A stretch of DNA of 64,000 nt from an uncultured virus (IMG/VR IMGVR_UViG_3300020045_010788) (lineage: Duplodnaviria > Heunggongvirae > Uroviricota > Caudoviricetes): IMG/VR virus record IMGVR_UViG_3300020045_010788, one strand, 5' to 3'. This document shows positions 17,570-28,311 of the stretch, piece by piece (position 1 is the first letter of the stretch; each line of letters begins with the position of its first letter). The notes below the pieces were generated by a model, which was not told where the DNA came from, searched no databases, and worked only from the letters and a program-made list of their open reading frames with translations. The translations under genes were made by a program, and so were the position numbers.

Positions 17570-19903
17570 TCAATTTTCCTGTTGTGCAACATTTTGTTGA
17601 ATATTTTGTTCAGGCGATCCTATTTCTAGTTTTTTATTTAAGACCGCATGCCTGTCCCTCAAATCCCATTCAGTCGTTAATTCCTCTTTCATTTTAGCTA
17701 TTTCGGCTTTCATGGCCTCCATTTGGGCATCAAGTTTCGCTTGTACTAATTCCTGATTCTTTTTAGATTCCATTTCTTGAGATTGCTGTGCTTTTTGCTG
17801 TGCTTTATTTTTTGCTTTTCGTATTTCATTTCGAACCAAAAACGCAATTTGTCTTAAATTATACCCATTAGATTTCATTTGGGTAATCATAATAGCCGTA
17901 TCTATTTCTAAAGCAACAACACCATCACGCCCCATTTGTAATGCGATTTCAATTTGTCTATTTAGTGTTTGCCAGTCATCTTCTGTTGGCCTTCTTTCTA
18001 TTTGAACACCATAATCTGCGTGCTGTCCAGCTATTTTTAATGCCTCAATCTTTGCGAACCCTATTACTTTTGCGTATGACTGTCTGGATTCTTCATCCAT
18101 TTTCATTAAAACATTTATACGCTTTGTAATATGGTTAGCCGCATCTAGCTTAACGTTCATTACCAAATCAATTATAGGCCTTATGACTGTAGAACTTGTT
18201 GACATAGCAACTTCCGTTACGGCCTTTCCGGTTCTTGGCGCTGGCATTCCTCCTAATGCTACTGAGTTTATTCCAGTATAATATTCTATTTGTGCTTCAT
18301 GGAACTGAAAAACCTCGATTAATTGTCGAAGAACCCCCTCCATTTCAGATGGAATTGGAACGACCGGACTCGATGCCATTGAATTTATTGATCCATCAAA
18401 CCTAGTCCTTACGAAAGGCAATATACCAGTAGTGAATCCTATTTGTAAAGCTTTTAATGGGGATAAATCCTCTCCGCCAGCTAATGACATATTATCCAAC
18501 ATCGTCATATCAACGGCATACCCCATAACTCTTAATTGGGCTATTGCATTCTGAAACTTAAACCACGTTAGGTTTAGCATATCAATATGAGGTATAAGTA
18601 CTTTAGTTAAAGGCATTGTATTTAACCTGCGAACAATTACCCCTAATTCCGCTGGCTGTTCCTGGCATTGGTCTAATCCTGATTCGTATAAAATATCCGT
18701 ACCTATTATCCAATTAGCAATATATCTCCGCTGTTTAGTAATTATATTTACATCTTCGCCTTCATTAGCAGTATAATCAAGTCCAACGGATTGATATTTT
18801 CTTCCTTGTATAGTTTGCAGTATTACTTTTTTTTCTGAATCAAAATCAATCCAAATAGTATGAAGTACTGGAACCCTAAAATCATCATACAGCCATGTAT
18901 TTGATTTATAATTATTATAATAATCCCAATCTGCAAGACTAGGGTTATTATATACTCCACAAAATTGTTTTGCTGATTTAGCTAAGTCGTCCTCTTTTAT
19001 TCCTTTTGTCCGTAAAGAACCAATATTTTCCCATTTTAGCCTAAACGCATACTGAGCCTTTTTATATCCAGTCGTATTATCATACTGTATTCCAAATGTT
19101 TTAGGATCAGGGTCAGTATATTCTAATTTCATTTTACATGTGGCCTTATCATAATAAGGCCACAATGCAATAACGCCTATGTCAATAGCATCATTAATTA
19201 GCTTTTGCTTTATGTCAGGATTCCAATCTGAAATATCAAATGTATGCTGTATAGTTTCTTCTATTGCGGTTTCATGCACTAATTTAAACCCCCCTGCATT
19301 CTCATATTGTTCTAAGTCTAAATCGTTTTCTGGGATGAACTCCGGCTCCATATATGGAATATTTGCTAGAGCAGAAATTTCTTGTATCCTATCTCCGAAC
19401 ATTTTGTGAACCCATGTCATATATTTCATCTGGTTACGCTCGGCTCCACTTCGTTCATCTATAGCCCTACACCTTATATCATCATCAGCGTTATCCCACA
19501 TGCCATGGAAGCTATTTTTAATCTTTGGCATTATACTTAGGACTTCCCAATTAACATTCATCCACCCTTCACGCGAATCCTCTCTGCTATCATTTGCTTT
19601 ATCCCTGGTATCATATTGGGTTTGCCTAGCTGAACTTCCATCTATATCGGGGAGTAATCGTTTTTTATAAACATCAACCGGCTGTGTCCCATTGCCATAC
19701 ATTCTATTTCTATCAAATTCATCTGATATTGAAAAATTAAACCCGGTTCGACCCGTAAGATGTCTTGAGTAAATAGCTTCACATACTTTTAGAAAATAAT
19801 CGTTGTCTTTATTTTTAGTATATGGGTTAGGAAATGTATATTTATTGCTCCTATAGCTAGAATCTACAGCCGATGAAGTTAGAATTTTTTGAGCGTTGGG
19901 CAT
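17570..19903 (-). CDS. portal protein
   Basis: ~777 aa from MPNAQ; YGNGTQP..Y..NVNWEVLSIMPKI, YTGINSV..G and a C-terminal coiled coil; directly after terminase. Confidence 0.75.
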   Translation of the reverse strand: MPNAQKILTSSAVDSSYRSNKYTFPNPYTKNKDNDYFLKVCEAIYSRHLTGRTGFNFSISDEFDRNRMYGNGTQPVDVYKKRLLPDIDGSSARQTQYDTRDKANDSREDSREGWMNVNWEVLSIMPKIKNSFHGMWDNADDDIRCRAIDERSGAERNQMKYMTWVHKMFGDRIQEISALANIPYMEPEFIPENDLDLEQYENAGGFKLVHETAIEETIQHTFDISDWNPDIKQKLINDAIDIGVIALWPYYDKATCKMKLEYTDPDPKTFGIQYDNTTGYKKAQYAFRLKWENIGSLRTKGIKEDDLAKSAKQFCGVYNNPSLADWDYYNNYKSNTWLYDDFRVPVLHTIWIDFDSEKKVILQTIQGRKYQSVGLDYTANEGEDVNIITKQRRYIANWIIGTDILYESGLDQCQEQPAELGVIVRRLNTMPLTKVLIPHIDMLNLTWFKFQNAIAQLRVMGYAVDMTMLDNMSLAGGEDLSPLKALQIGFTTGILPFVRTRFDGSINSMASSPVVPIPSEMEGVLRQLIEVFQFHEAQIEYYTGINSVALGGMPAPRTGKAVTEVAMSTSSTVIRPIIDLVMNVKLDAANHITKRINVLMKMDEESRQSYAKVIGFAKIEALKIAGQHADYGVQIERRPTEDDWQTLNRQIEIALQMGRDGVVALEIDTAIMITQMKSNGYNLRQIAFLVRNEIRKAKNKAQQKAQQSQEMESKKNQELVQAKLDAQMEAMKAEIAKMKEELTTEWDLRDRHAVLNKKLEIGSPEQNIQQNVAQQEN

Positions 19904-19940
19904 TGCGAGTGTATTTGTATGCAAATATAGTAATATTTAA

Positions 19941-22274
19941 TTATCGGTGAAGACCTAATATAGCCCTTGATAATACAACTCTTTTATTTGCTTCATTTTG
20001 TGTTATTGGGGCGACCGTTTCCTGATCGCCAATTATACATCCCCCGCAAGCAACGAAAAGGTCAAAATCAGTTAAATACTCAACGCCTGGGATTTGTTTG
20101 CATTCCATTAAGTAATCATCATGATTTTCCACATGCCCACGAAGATCAATATAATTCTTATTCGCTTGAAATAACTTCTGTTTATCACGTGTAAAGAACC
20201 CAGGCTTGTCCTTTATTTTACCCGTTAATGGATCAATGGCGTAAGCTAGGTATCCTCCATATCCTCTTTGAAGAAAGTATTCATATAGCCTTGTAACATT
20301 TGTTTCAGGAAACATCATTGCACCTAATAATTGACACATCATAATCATGTCTTCACAATAATCATCAAGTATAGCGATCTTATTGTTATAAGTACAAATG
20401 AATCTATATGATTTACATTCAGTGATAGGGACATCTATTGGGTCTATCGTCATGTTTCTTCTCATTAATGCAGCACCAGCCCCATTAGAAAACCGACTTC
20501 TATCCCTCCTTACTTCGGCCTGAGTATTTGTTTTAAATTGAAAAGGGTCTCCACAAGCTATAATAGTTGAATTAACCGGGAACCATGACATCTTATATGG
20601 GTTCAATCCCTTTTCCGCTAATTGCCTATCGAAAACCTGCTGCTTAGATCGTTTATTCCTTTGACTGCTATGGGGAATTAATGAAAATTTAAACCGCCCC
20701 TCTGGGTTAGGAACCATTTCTACATCTGAGTCCTTATCATTGGGATCGGATCGCCTTAGATCATACATTTCACTAGGTCGCTCATTTTTAGGCAATGAAT
20801 TAATTTCGCCTAATCGCTTATCTATTATTTGAATATTAATACCAGTATCTCCTGAATCTATCAAGAAAAAGTCTGTAAGATCAATGGGATAAAGCTGTCT
20901 GTGTTCCCGATAAGATTTTAATGATTCTGGAGTACCCTGCTTTAATAAAAACTCTCGTGTAGATAAAATATGCTCTTTTGAGCCATACCCTCTATCAAAT
21001 CCAGCTTCATCTTGTTCCTCGGTTGGGTTGTCTATAATAGTATTACCATGTTTATCAATAAATCCCTCTAACCCATCATAAGCTGGGAAGATTAACCCAA
21101 AAAGCATGGATTGCGTTTGTCCCGTTTTTGAATTTCTTTGATAAAAATTACTCATTTCAAACAATCGCTTATATTGCATCCCTCCCTTTTCTTGCATGTC
21201 AGCAACAGTTGAGGGATGATACGCCCAACCAAAAATACTTGATCCATCTCCCGTTGAAATAGTATTTTTATTGACATTCCATCTATATATTATATCAATA
21301 TCCTTGCTTTTGCCACTTTCGTCAGATAAGTTTATGAGTTGTTTTAATCCATCAAATGCGGTAGCATCACCAGTATTAGCAAATGTTAGTTTAGTGCCAC
21401 CTAATGTTGGTTCAAACTTCCTATGAGTAAAGCTTAATTCACTTGGTCTTAAATCGCCCTCCCATTGTGGCCTAAAGAAAAAAGGCATATTCTCCCAGGC
21501 TGGCATTACCTTCATTTCAAAATGCTCAAAAGCATTGTCTTTCGTATAAGACTGTATGCCGCTCATCTTATCAGTGCTTTTTGTCCGAGATGTAACTTCA
21601 TACATAATACAAAGCCCTTGGTGCGTGTTTCCTCCACGTCTATTTTTTGGCTGAATAACGCCACCGCAAATACGAAAAGGCAATTCGACCATTTCATATT
21701 CACCATTTTCATTAGGAAGAGCTATTCCAGTTTCAGAATCAATATTTTTAAATGTCTCGCAAGTCGTAAACGTATATCTAAAAAATAAAAACTGCTTTCT
21801 ATCCCGATCCCTATAATCAGGCAATCCCTTCATCCCCCTTTTTTCATTTCCAACAGGCCAATAGTTTAAGTAAAACCAATGCCATCCATCTATATAAGTA
21901 GGAATCCCATTATTAAAAAACCAATACCCATTTAATCTATGCCACCATTGTTTCTTTATCCAAAGAATTTCTTTCTCATAGTAATCTAGGTTTGCCTCAA
22001 GCTCTCTCCAAATTTCATCTAGGATTAATTGCCCTGTCGCCCTAAAGTCTCTCTGCTCCCTATCTCTTGCCCTTAGCCTATCCCTAACTTCTTTTTCTAA
22101 AGACCTTAGTTTTTCTGGCATGACTTCTCTACGGAAGTATTGATCTTCTGGCTCTAATTTATACCCATCTATTAATGTAAATCTTGGAGGCTTTGGCAAT
22201 GATATTCGTATAGGGATTATTCCTTTTACCCCATCATTAACAATAAATGACCTATCCGCTTCGGCTCTTGTCAT
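19941..22274 (-). CDS. terL: terminase large subunit
   Basis: 777 aa; WHRLNGYWFFNNG.PTYIDGWHWFYLN, Walker-A-like KNRRGG.T, Walker B LSDESGK, nuclease ACGDPF. Confidence 0.85.
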   Translation of the reverse strand: MTRAEADRSFIVNDGVKGIIPIRISLPKPPRFTLIDGYKLEPEDQYFRREVMPEKLRSLEKEVRDRLRARDREQRDFRATGQLILDEIWRELEANLDYYEKEILWIKKQWWHRLNGYWFFNNGIPTYIDGWHWFYLNYWPVGNEKRGMKGLPDYRDRDRKQFLFFRYTFTTCETFKNIDSETGIALPNENGEYEMVELPFRICGGVIQPKNRRGGNTHQGLCIMYEVTSRTKSTDKMSGIQSYTKDNAFEHFEMKVMPAWENMPFFFRPQWEGDLRPSELSFTHRKFEPTLGGTKLTFANTGDATAFDGLKQLINLSDESGKSKDIDIIYRWNVNKNTISTGDGSSIFGWAYHPSTVADMQEKGGMQYKRLFEMSNFYQRNSKTGQTQSMLFGLIFPAYDGLEGFIDKHGNTIIDNPTEEQDEAGFDRGYGSKEHILSTREFLLKQGTPESLKSYREHRQLYPIDLTDFFLIDSGDTGINIQIIDKRLGEINSLPKNERPSEMYDLRRSDPNDKDSDVEMVPNPEGRFKFSLIPHSSQRNKRSKQQVFDRQLAEKGLNPYKMSWFPVNSTIIACGDPFQFKTNTQAEVRRDRSRFSNGAGAALMRRNMTIDPIDVPITECKSYRFICTYNNKIAILDDYCEDMIMMCQLLGAMMFPETNVTRLYEYFLQRGYGGYLAYAIDPLTGKIKDKPGFFTRDKQKLFQANKNYIDLRGHVENHDDYLMECKQIPGVEYLTDFDLFVACGGCIIGDQETVAPITQNEANKRVVLSRAILGLHR

Positions 22275-22921
22275 TTTGATCCCAAATATTTCATCTTTGG
22301 GATTTCATACTCGTCTCCGTATGGATTATATCCATCTAGGGGAACCTCTCCATCAGCTAGTTTTTCGCCTATATTTTCTGGTCGAACGGAAATAGTACTA
22401 TTTTTTTGAATAAATTCATATAGGGCTGATCTTGCCGTAATAGTCTCAACACCCCCAAATATTATTTCAGTAAGTTCATTAATGTTGTCTTTTAAGAAAA
22501 TTATGGTCTTATGACTATCCTTCTCGTCATCGCCCTTACGCTGTTGGTATAGGAGATCATTCATCTTATTATAAAGGAACTCTAAAGCCATAAGTTCGGG
22601 TTTGCCAAAAAAAGACAAGTATTTAACAATAGCCTTATCTACATCATAATGATCCCCTATTAGAATTTCTTCTACTGATTTATCAAATTGATTTAACGTA
22701 AATTTAAACCCAGCTAATTTTGCGGCTTCTACTTTTTGTTGATTTCTGGAAGGATATTCTTTTCTTATGTCTGACTTTAAATCATAAGCAAGAATTATAT
22801 AAGCAAGAATCTTATCGTCTTTTATATTAGCAAACTCATCATAATGCCTAAGTTTGTTAAGGGGATTTTTCTCAAAAGGATTATAAAGTAAACTTTCTAC
22901 GTTTATTTCATTTTTAGTCAT
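22271..22921 (-). CDS. putative terminase small subunit
   Basis: Overlaps the terL start; start reassigned to MTKNE; positional inference only. Confidence 0.4.
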   Translation of the reverse strand: MTKNEINVESLLYNPFEKNPLNKLRHYDEFANIKDDKILAYIILAYDLKSDIRKEYPSRNQQKVEAAKLAGFKFTLNQFDKSVEEILIGDHYDVDKAIVKYLSFFGKPELMALEFLYNKMNDLLYQQRKGDDEKDSHKTIIFLKDNINELTEIIFGGVETITARSALYEFIQKNSTISVRPENIGEKLADGEVPLDGYNPYGDEYEIPKMKYLGSK

Positions 22922-23029
22922 ATTTAATAATGTAGTTAACTCTTTTATTTTCACCAAAAATATGTAAATTAAGTACATAATACAAGGTTTTTCGAGTTTT
23001 TTATTTTACTTTTGAACAAACAATATGTC

Positions 23030-23341
23030 ATGACGTTACCAGATTTATCGCAACTCATCTTTGTTAAATCACATGGGCTTATATCTTTAGAAGAATCGCG
23101 TAATTTTCTTGTCTCCGTATATCAAGATGGTCGAACGACCGGATATGACAACGGATATAGGCAATGTTCATTAGATAGGAAAAGATTAAAGAAAATGTGT
23201 GCGCTTATTAATATGGATTTGGTCAATGAATTTATGGATAAGTGCATCGAGCAAGATATTTTTGAAATAAAACAACTCATTAAACATCCTGATTTGCTTA
23301 AACAATATAAAGATTTATTCAACGCAGATATAATTTTCTAG
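23030..23341 (+). CDS. hypothetical protein
   Basis: Preceded by TACTTTTG at 23007-14. Confidence 0.5.
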   Translation: MTLPDLSQLIFVKSHGLISLEESRNFLVSVYQDGRTTGYDNGYRQCSLDRKRLKKMCALINMDLVNEFMDKCIEQDIFEIKQLIKHPDLLKQYKDLFNADIIF

Positions 23342-23373
23342 TGATAAATTTGCATTTTATATGAAAATTACAC

Positions 23374-23453
23374 TATATTTGTATCGCTCAATGATTACAA
23401 GGTAAGTCTCGACATGCAGCCTGTTACAAGGTAACCCTGCATGTCTTTTTTTT
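23374..23453 (+). promoter_or_regulatory. promoter plus leader terminator (attenuator) upstream of SSB
   Basis: TATATTTG 23374-81; GACATGCAG/CTGCATGTC stem followed by a T run; TTACAAGGTAA present twice. Confidence 0.55.
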
Positions 23454-23474
23454 GTAACTAATTTAAAAAATAAT

Positions 23475-23762
23475 ATGGAACAACGAGAACTGAAAAGAGC
23501 CACATTAATTGAAAAGCATGAGTTTAAAGAGGGAATAGGTAATAACGATAAGCCTTATTCAAGAATTGATATAGTTGTTGAATTTAACGACCAATACAAG
23601 CATAAGTTGTTTTGTACTGCAATGGGGGATTCAGCTAAAATTATTAATAACCAAAAGGAAGAAGGGGATATAATTGAGTTTGGATACTACGTCAATAGTA
23701 AGAAAAGCGAAACGTCTGGTAATTGGTACACGAATGCAGTTGTAAACTTTGTGAAGAAATGA
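23475..23762 (+). CDS. DUF3127-like single-stranded DNA-binding protein
   Basis: 95 aa OB-fold pattern DQYKHKL..GD..EGDIIE...NS....GNWYTN. Confidence 0.6.
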   Translation: MEQRELKRATLIEKHEFKEGIGNNDKPYSRIDIVVEFNDQYKHKLFCTAMGDSAKIINNQKEEGDIIEFGYYVNSKKSETSGNWYTNAVVNFVKK

Positions 23763-24496
23763 AGGCCGAAAAACGATATTATACTGAACTCGACAAATTG
23801 CCAACTAAGTTAATGGCAAATAAAATGTTGATTAAGTTAGACCATTATAATAAAGAAGAAAAAACAAAGGGCGGGATTATTTTGTCATCAGGCATTGATG
23901 ATACTTCGCTGGATGAATATGATAAGTACGATCAAATAGACCGAACCGGTATAGTTGTAATGCTACCCGAAAATATAGTATTCAATATAAACGACCCGGA
24001 AGGCTTAGATTGGCATCCTATAATGGAATTAAAAATAGGCGACACAGTCTGGCTGGATCACATGGATGCTAATGTTGCCGAACGTTTTATATATAAAGGC
24101 GAACGATATAAATTGATTCGTTACGATGCTGTAATAGTAGCTAAAAGAGGCAATGAAGTAATTTGTTGTAATGGCAATATTCTGTTAGCACCAGTAGAAG
24201 TAGAAAAATCTATTATAATTCAATGTGTAGAAAAGGAAAAGAAAACGAACCAGGGTATTGTAAAGTATATTGGCAGTAAGAATATTGATTATAAGTCGAA
24301 TTACGTTTTAAAATCCAGATGCGGGAAAATGGTTAAAAAGCCTTACGACATTCAGCATGATAATGTTGATGTTTTCGTAGGCGATAAAGTCATAGTTAAT
24401 ACCCCTGAAGTTTGGCTCGAATCAGAATTATTCCAGTATTTTGGAGAAAGAGTAAAATATCTACAAAGGCGTTATATATTAGGCGTTATTGAATGA
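23759..24496 (+). CDS. GroES-like co-chaperonin with duplicated domain
   Basis: NKMLIK..EEKTKGGIILS mobile loop; LKIGDTV; second unit QGIVKYIG..VGDKVI..ILGVIE. Confidence 0.7.
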   Translation: MKAEKRYYTELDKLPTKLMANKMLIKLDHYNKEEKTKGGIILSSGIDDTSLDEYDKYDQIDRTGIVVMLPENIVFNINDPEGLDWHPIMELKIGDTVWLDHMDANVAERFIYKGERYKLIRYDAVIVAKRGNEVICCNGNILLAPVEVEKSIIIQCVEKEKKTNQGIVKYIGSKNIDYKSNYVLKSRCGKMVKKPYDIQHDNVDVFVGDKVIVNTPEVWLESELFQYFGERVKYLQRRYILGVIE

Positions 24497-24762
24497 CACC
24501 AGAACAAATATTAGATGAAGCTCAGCGTATGCCCGAAGGAATTTGGGATAATGCCAAACCTCGTTTATTAAGAGAATTAAGATTAGAGGTTAAGAAAAAG
24601 GTAGATAAGCGAATTAGTCGAATAGAATTAGCGACTAAAATTCTATCCGGGTATGTTCAAAATCCACAATATACAGTCGGATGTACTCCAAAATTTTTAT
24701 GCGAACAAGCATTAATACATACAGATGAACTTATTAGATTGATCCACAATGAATCTATGTGA
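24493..24762 (+). CDS. hypothetical protein
   Basis: 89 aa, translationally coupled. Confidence 0.5.
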   Translation: MTPEQILDEAQRMPEGIWDNAKPRLLRELRLEVKKKVDKRISRIELATKILSGYVQNPQYTVGCTPKFLCEQALIHTDELIRLIHNESM

Positions 24763-25075
24763 TTTTATCTGTAATAGATTTACCTAAATCAAAATAATTA
24801 CGAATTATATCCAAATCATCATTTCTTTTCTTGTGGTAGTATTTTATAATATCAAATATAAGTTGATCTAAGACAACATTAAAGTCTGCATGGGTTTCAA
24901 TTGTCCTCTCGAAAACGGCATCATTTGTAGTGTATGTTAGTAGCATTTCTTCATCAATTTCCAGCACGGTGTTTTCATAAATTTTATGATAAATACCACT
25001 GTTTTTATTTTTAATAACGAGATTAAACCTTAGTCGCTCGTCATCATCCTTAAAATTCAATTCTATTTTACCCAT
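24755..25075 (-). CDS. hypothetical protein
   Basis: 106 aa in a coupled minus-strand operon. Confidence 0.5.
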   Translation of the reverse strand: MGKIELNFKDDDERLRFNLVIKNKNSGIYHKIYENTVLEIDEEMLLTYTTNDAVFERTIETHADFNVVLDQLIFDIIKYYHKKRNDDLDIIRNYFDLGKSITDKIT

Positions 25076-25521
25076 TATAATAATGTTTTTTTATTAAGTT
25101 CCTCTGCATAGAAGAAAACTGAAACCGGAATAAGTGTTAACATAACGATTTGAACTACAAAGAAGCTCGTGCTTTCGACAAACTTATAGTCAAAGTATAT
25201 GTTAACAAAAGATTCAGCTACCAAGAACACAATAGCCATAGCTCTATTCCCTCTTAATGTGTAAAATCCCACATTCCATGACATCGTTATTGCGTAAAAC
25301 ACGGATACGGCAATATTAAATGATGCGTTCTTAAAGATATTGCTTTCATCAAATATGAAAAACGATATAAGTCCTTGGAGAATTATACCAGCGAACAAAG
25401 CTATTGTTCCAGACGAATTTGATTTAAACTTGTTTATAAGCCCTGAAAGCCTAAACTTGTTCTCAGCCCGAGGCTTACGGTCTTTCTTAATTACTGCCGG
25501 AGTTGTTTTTTTCTTTTTCAT
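25075..25521 (-). CDS. four-TM membrane protein
   Basis: Basic N-terminus followed by about four hydrophobic helices. Confidence 0.6.
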   Translation of the reverse strand: MKKKKTTPAVIKKDRKPRAENKFRLSGLINKFKSNSSGTIALFAGIILQGLISFFIFDESNIFKNASFNIAVSVFYAITMSWNVGFYTLRGNRAMAIVFLVAESFVNIYFDYKFVESTSFFVVQIVMLTLIPVSVFFYAEELNKKTLL

Positions 25522-25727
25522 ATAGGATATATCCTAAATTTATTAAAAAATGATTGGATAAAATTTGTCTTAGGAGATTCTTTTATACAATCTCCATTAT
25601 TAGGATGTAGTTTATCGAATTTCTTCATTCTCTTTACCATTTTACTGACAGGAAATTCAAAAGGAACATAAATGCTATCATTGCATTTATGGCATTTATA
25701 TAAAGAGCCTATTAATTGTGTCGCCAT
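25518..25727 (-). CDS. small CxxC protein
   Basis: KCHKC..FPV..M.K..KKFDKLH resembles the N-terminus of ORF 2061-2561. Confidence 0.5.
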   Translation of the reverse strand: MATQLIGSLYKCHKCNDSIYVPFEFPVSKMVKRMKKFDKLHPNNGDCIKESPKTNFIQSFFNKFRIYPI

Positions 25728-25728
25728 A

Positions 25729-26646
25729 CTATACTAATTTACATCCAGTCCTACGTATTATATCATCCATTTTAGAATAATTATCAATTTCCTCTTGACT
25801 TAACATTTCATCAGGTGAATCAAACGTTGATGCATGCTCCATGTCCCAAATATATCTTGTTCCTCCATCCGGCACTTTTCCTGATTTATCCCCCATAAAA
25901 TTACTGGTACTATGCGCCCACTTATTTAAGTGTGGAGCATATCCTTTTGATTGCCAATATTGAAATGGGGCATGCCATTGATGAATGGCCATTGGCTGCA
26001 TAATCGTTATATCTTTTATTCCATTCTGCGATCTTGTGCCACAGAAAAACGGATCCTCCGATCCGTAATCAGCAAATAAAGGATAGCCATTTGGGAATAA
26101 TTCAAAAAATAATTCTTTCTTAAGACTTGAAGTCTGATGCGTTCCAAAATGCTGATTATCAACGTTATTCATCGTCCATGGATTATCGAATCCCTCTAAT
26201 GATTTGACATTATTTATGTCCGACTTCCAATCAACGTCATCAATTTTAAATTGCAGTTCCGGCGTTAAGTTATATGTCTTCATTGCACAAAAATTACGTC
26301 CGGCCATTGCGTTGTCGTACATTATTTGCAAAGCATCAGGAGGCAATATTGTTTCTCCGGTAGTTTCGGCCAATATTTCGCCTTGAGCTATTTTAAATGC
26401 TGTATTGAATCCAAATGTACATCCTCTCATACCATAGGGATGTTTCATGTGGATGTATGTAAAATTGGGCAAGTTGAATAATGGCTGAATAATTTCTAAG
26501 ACGTCATCTTTAGAATCATCATTAACGAGGATTATTTCATACTCATTAGTATCCATTGTTTGATTCATGTATGAATGGATTGATCTTTTCAGTAGATGAG
26601 AATTATTCCATATACATAGGCAAAGTGATATTTTTATATTACTCAT
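25729..26646 (-). CDS. glycosyltransferase family 2
   Basis: ISLCLCIWN..YEIILVNDDSKD..NTAFKIAQGEIL..YGSED..IHQWH. Confidence 0.8.
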   Translation of the reverse strand: MSNIKISLCLCIWNNSHLLKRSIHSYMNQTMDTNEYEIILVNDDSKDDVLEIIQPLFNLPNFTYIHMKHPYGMRGCTFGFNTAFKIAQGEILAETTGETILPPDALQIMYDNAMAGRNFCAMKTYNLTPELQFKIDDVDWKSDINNVKSLEGFDNPWTMNNVDNQHFGTHQTSSLKKELFFELFPNGYPLFADYGSEDPFFCGTRSQNGIKDITIMQPMAIHQWHAPFQYWQSKGYAPHLNKWAHSTSNFMGDKSGKVPDGGTRYIWDMEHASTFDSPDEMLSQEEIDNYSKMDDIIRRTGCKLV

Positions 26647-27188
26647 ACGTCTTTAACTTTTACACATTGAAAACACAACCACCAAGCGTTCATCTCATCG
26701 CCAGGTGAAACACCGGGACTGCCATTAAACGTTATATTATCAAATCCGTACTCTTTAAGTAAGACGGCAAGAGTATCGGTCGTATAGGTTACGTAGTGCT
26801 GTTGGTATGGATGGTCATGCCAACCGTATAAACAGCAAGTCGCATCATTCAAACTTAGTTCACCTTTTACATATCGAACCATAGTGGCATGCAGGTTCGG
26901 AGTTTGACCCTCAAATTTGCCTCCAATTTTCAGTAATCGGTTCCATTCGCCAAGAATAGTCTTCATTTCCCATGTAGGAATATGCTCTATGGTATCTCCT
27001 GACCACATAAAATCAGCACATTTGGGAGGTAATGGAACATGACCGAAATCACATACTACATCAATATTCTCATGAGCCATACCGTCAACCCTGATCCATT
27101 CTTCAAGCGGTCGTCTCATGTTATGTGCGCCTGACCCCATGTCAATCTTGACTTCTGGTAAGGTTAGCTTACGATCAAGTTCTGTCAT
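26643..27188 (-). CDS. class I SAM-dependent methyltransferase
   Basis: IDMGSG motif I; IEHI..EWNRLLKIGG...TPN. Confidence 0.8.
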   Translation of the reverse strand: MTELDRKLTLPEVKIDMGSGAHNMRRPLEEWIRVDGMAHENIDVVCDFGHVPLPPKCADFMWSGDTIEHIPTWEMKTILGEWNRLLKIGGKFEGQTPNLHATMVRYVKGELSLNDATCCLYGWHDHPYQQHYVTYTTDTLAVLLKEYGFDNITFNGSPGVSPGDEMNAWWLCFQCVKVKDV

Positions 27189-27194
27189 TTGTTT

Positions 27195-27485
27195 TTATAT
27201 ATAATTACCATTATCATCAACTTCCACGGTATCAAACCCAGAGGAAAGTTCCTTTAGGGTGCTTTCATCATTTAATCCTTTTATAGCTATATCTAATGTT
27301 TCTAACACTAACCCATTTGGCAATACAACGTTTTCAAATGACACCGCATATCCTCCTATTTTATTAGGTATAGCCCCGATTTGTTTAATAAATTTACCAT
27401 TAGCTATTTCTGCATTTTCAGCATCTATAAATCCGGGCAAGGTAATAACACATAACCCGTGCAATTCTACTTCAAACTTTTTCAT
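27195..27485 (-). CDS. hypothetical protein
   Basis: 96 aa within the GT operon. Confidence 0.5.
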   Translation of the reverse strand: MKKFEVELHGLCVITLPGFIDAENAEIANGKFIKQIGAIPNKIGGYAVSFENVVLPNGLVLETLDIAIKGLNDESTLKELSSGFDTVEVDDNGNYI

Positions 27486-28303
27486 ATTTTCTTCGAGATA
27501 TAATAATCAATACCATTTTCATTTATTTGTTCATACGATATTCCATTGTAGTAAGCACCTCTTTCTCCAAGCTTATATTGCGCTTGTATTTTTTCAAACT
27601 CATCCCAAATTTCAGATGCATGTTTTCTTTTCCATTCACTAAACTCGCTATCGCCTGAATCAATATGGTCAATATTTATATGAATCAAAAACACATTTTT
27701 ATATCCAACAAGTTTGACCCTTAATGACGAAAACGTATCATCAAATCCATATACTGTTGGCTGAAATAAATAGCCAATTTTATCTAATACGTGGGGCGAG
27801 TACATATTACACGTCCCCATTAAATGATTTACTTCTTCTATCACCATCCACCTTTCACCTGATTCATGGGCTAATGGAATTATTTTAGATTGCCAAATAT
27901 CTGTTCTTAACGGCCACTCGCCTAAATCTTTTCTTTTTAATCCTACTACCCCAACTGATTTATCTTTATCGAAAACATACTCCATGTCTTCAATCCAATT
28001 ATCCTGATGAATAACAACATCATTATCCATTTTTATGCAAAATTCACCAGGATTACGCAATTGCCATGCTTTATTTATAGCCCCAGCAGTCCCTAAATTT
28101 GATCCATTCTCTATTACTTGGGATATGATAGACTTATAATCACTGTATAGTTTATGGGTTAAATCACATGAACCATTATCTGATATAATAAGCCTATGTT
28201 TACTGAAATCAACTCTGTTTTTTAAAGAAATAAGTGTTTGCTCTGTAAAATCGGTTCTTTTATTATCGTCCGTATCATATACGGCCATAGAAATCATACT
28301 CAT
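27482..28303 (-). CDS. glycosyltransferase family 2 (paralog A)
   Basis: ISDNGSCD, NLGTAGAINKAW, KMDND DxD motif, YGFDD. Confidence 0.85.
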   Translation of the reverse strand: MSMISMAVYDTDDNKRTDFTEQTLISLKNRVDFSKHRLIISDNGSCDLTHKLYSDYKSIISQVIENGSNLGTAGAINKAWQLRNPGEFCIKMDNDVVIHQDNWIEDMEYVFDKDKSVGVVGLKRKDLGEWPLRTDIWQSKIIPLAHESGERWMVIEEVNHLMGTCNMYSPHVLDKIGYLFQPTVYGFDDTFSSLRVKLVGYKNVFLIHINIDHIDSGDSEFSEWKRKHASEIWDEFEKIQAQYKLGERGAYYNGISYEQINENGIDYYISKKI

Positions 28304-28311
28304 ATATTATA

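Noticed and set aside
15511..17697. Plus-strand ORFs (15511-15852, 16339-17010, 17308-17697) and similar short antisense ORFs elsewhere
   Set aside because: Shadow frames opposite well-supported genes, with S/F/L-rich composition
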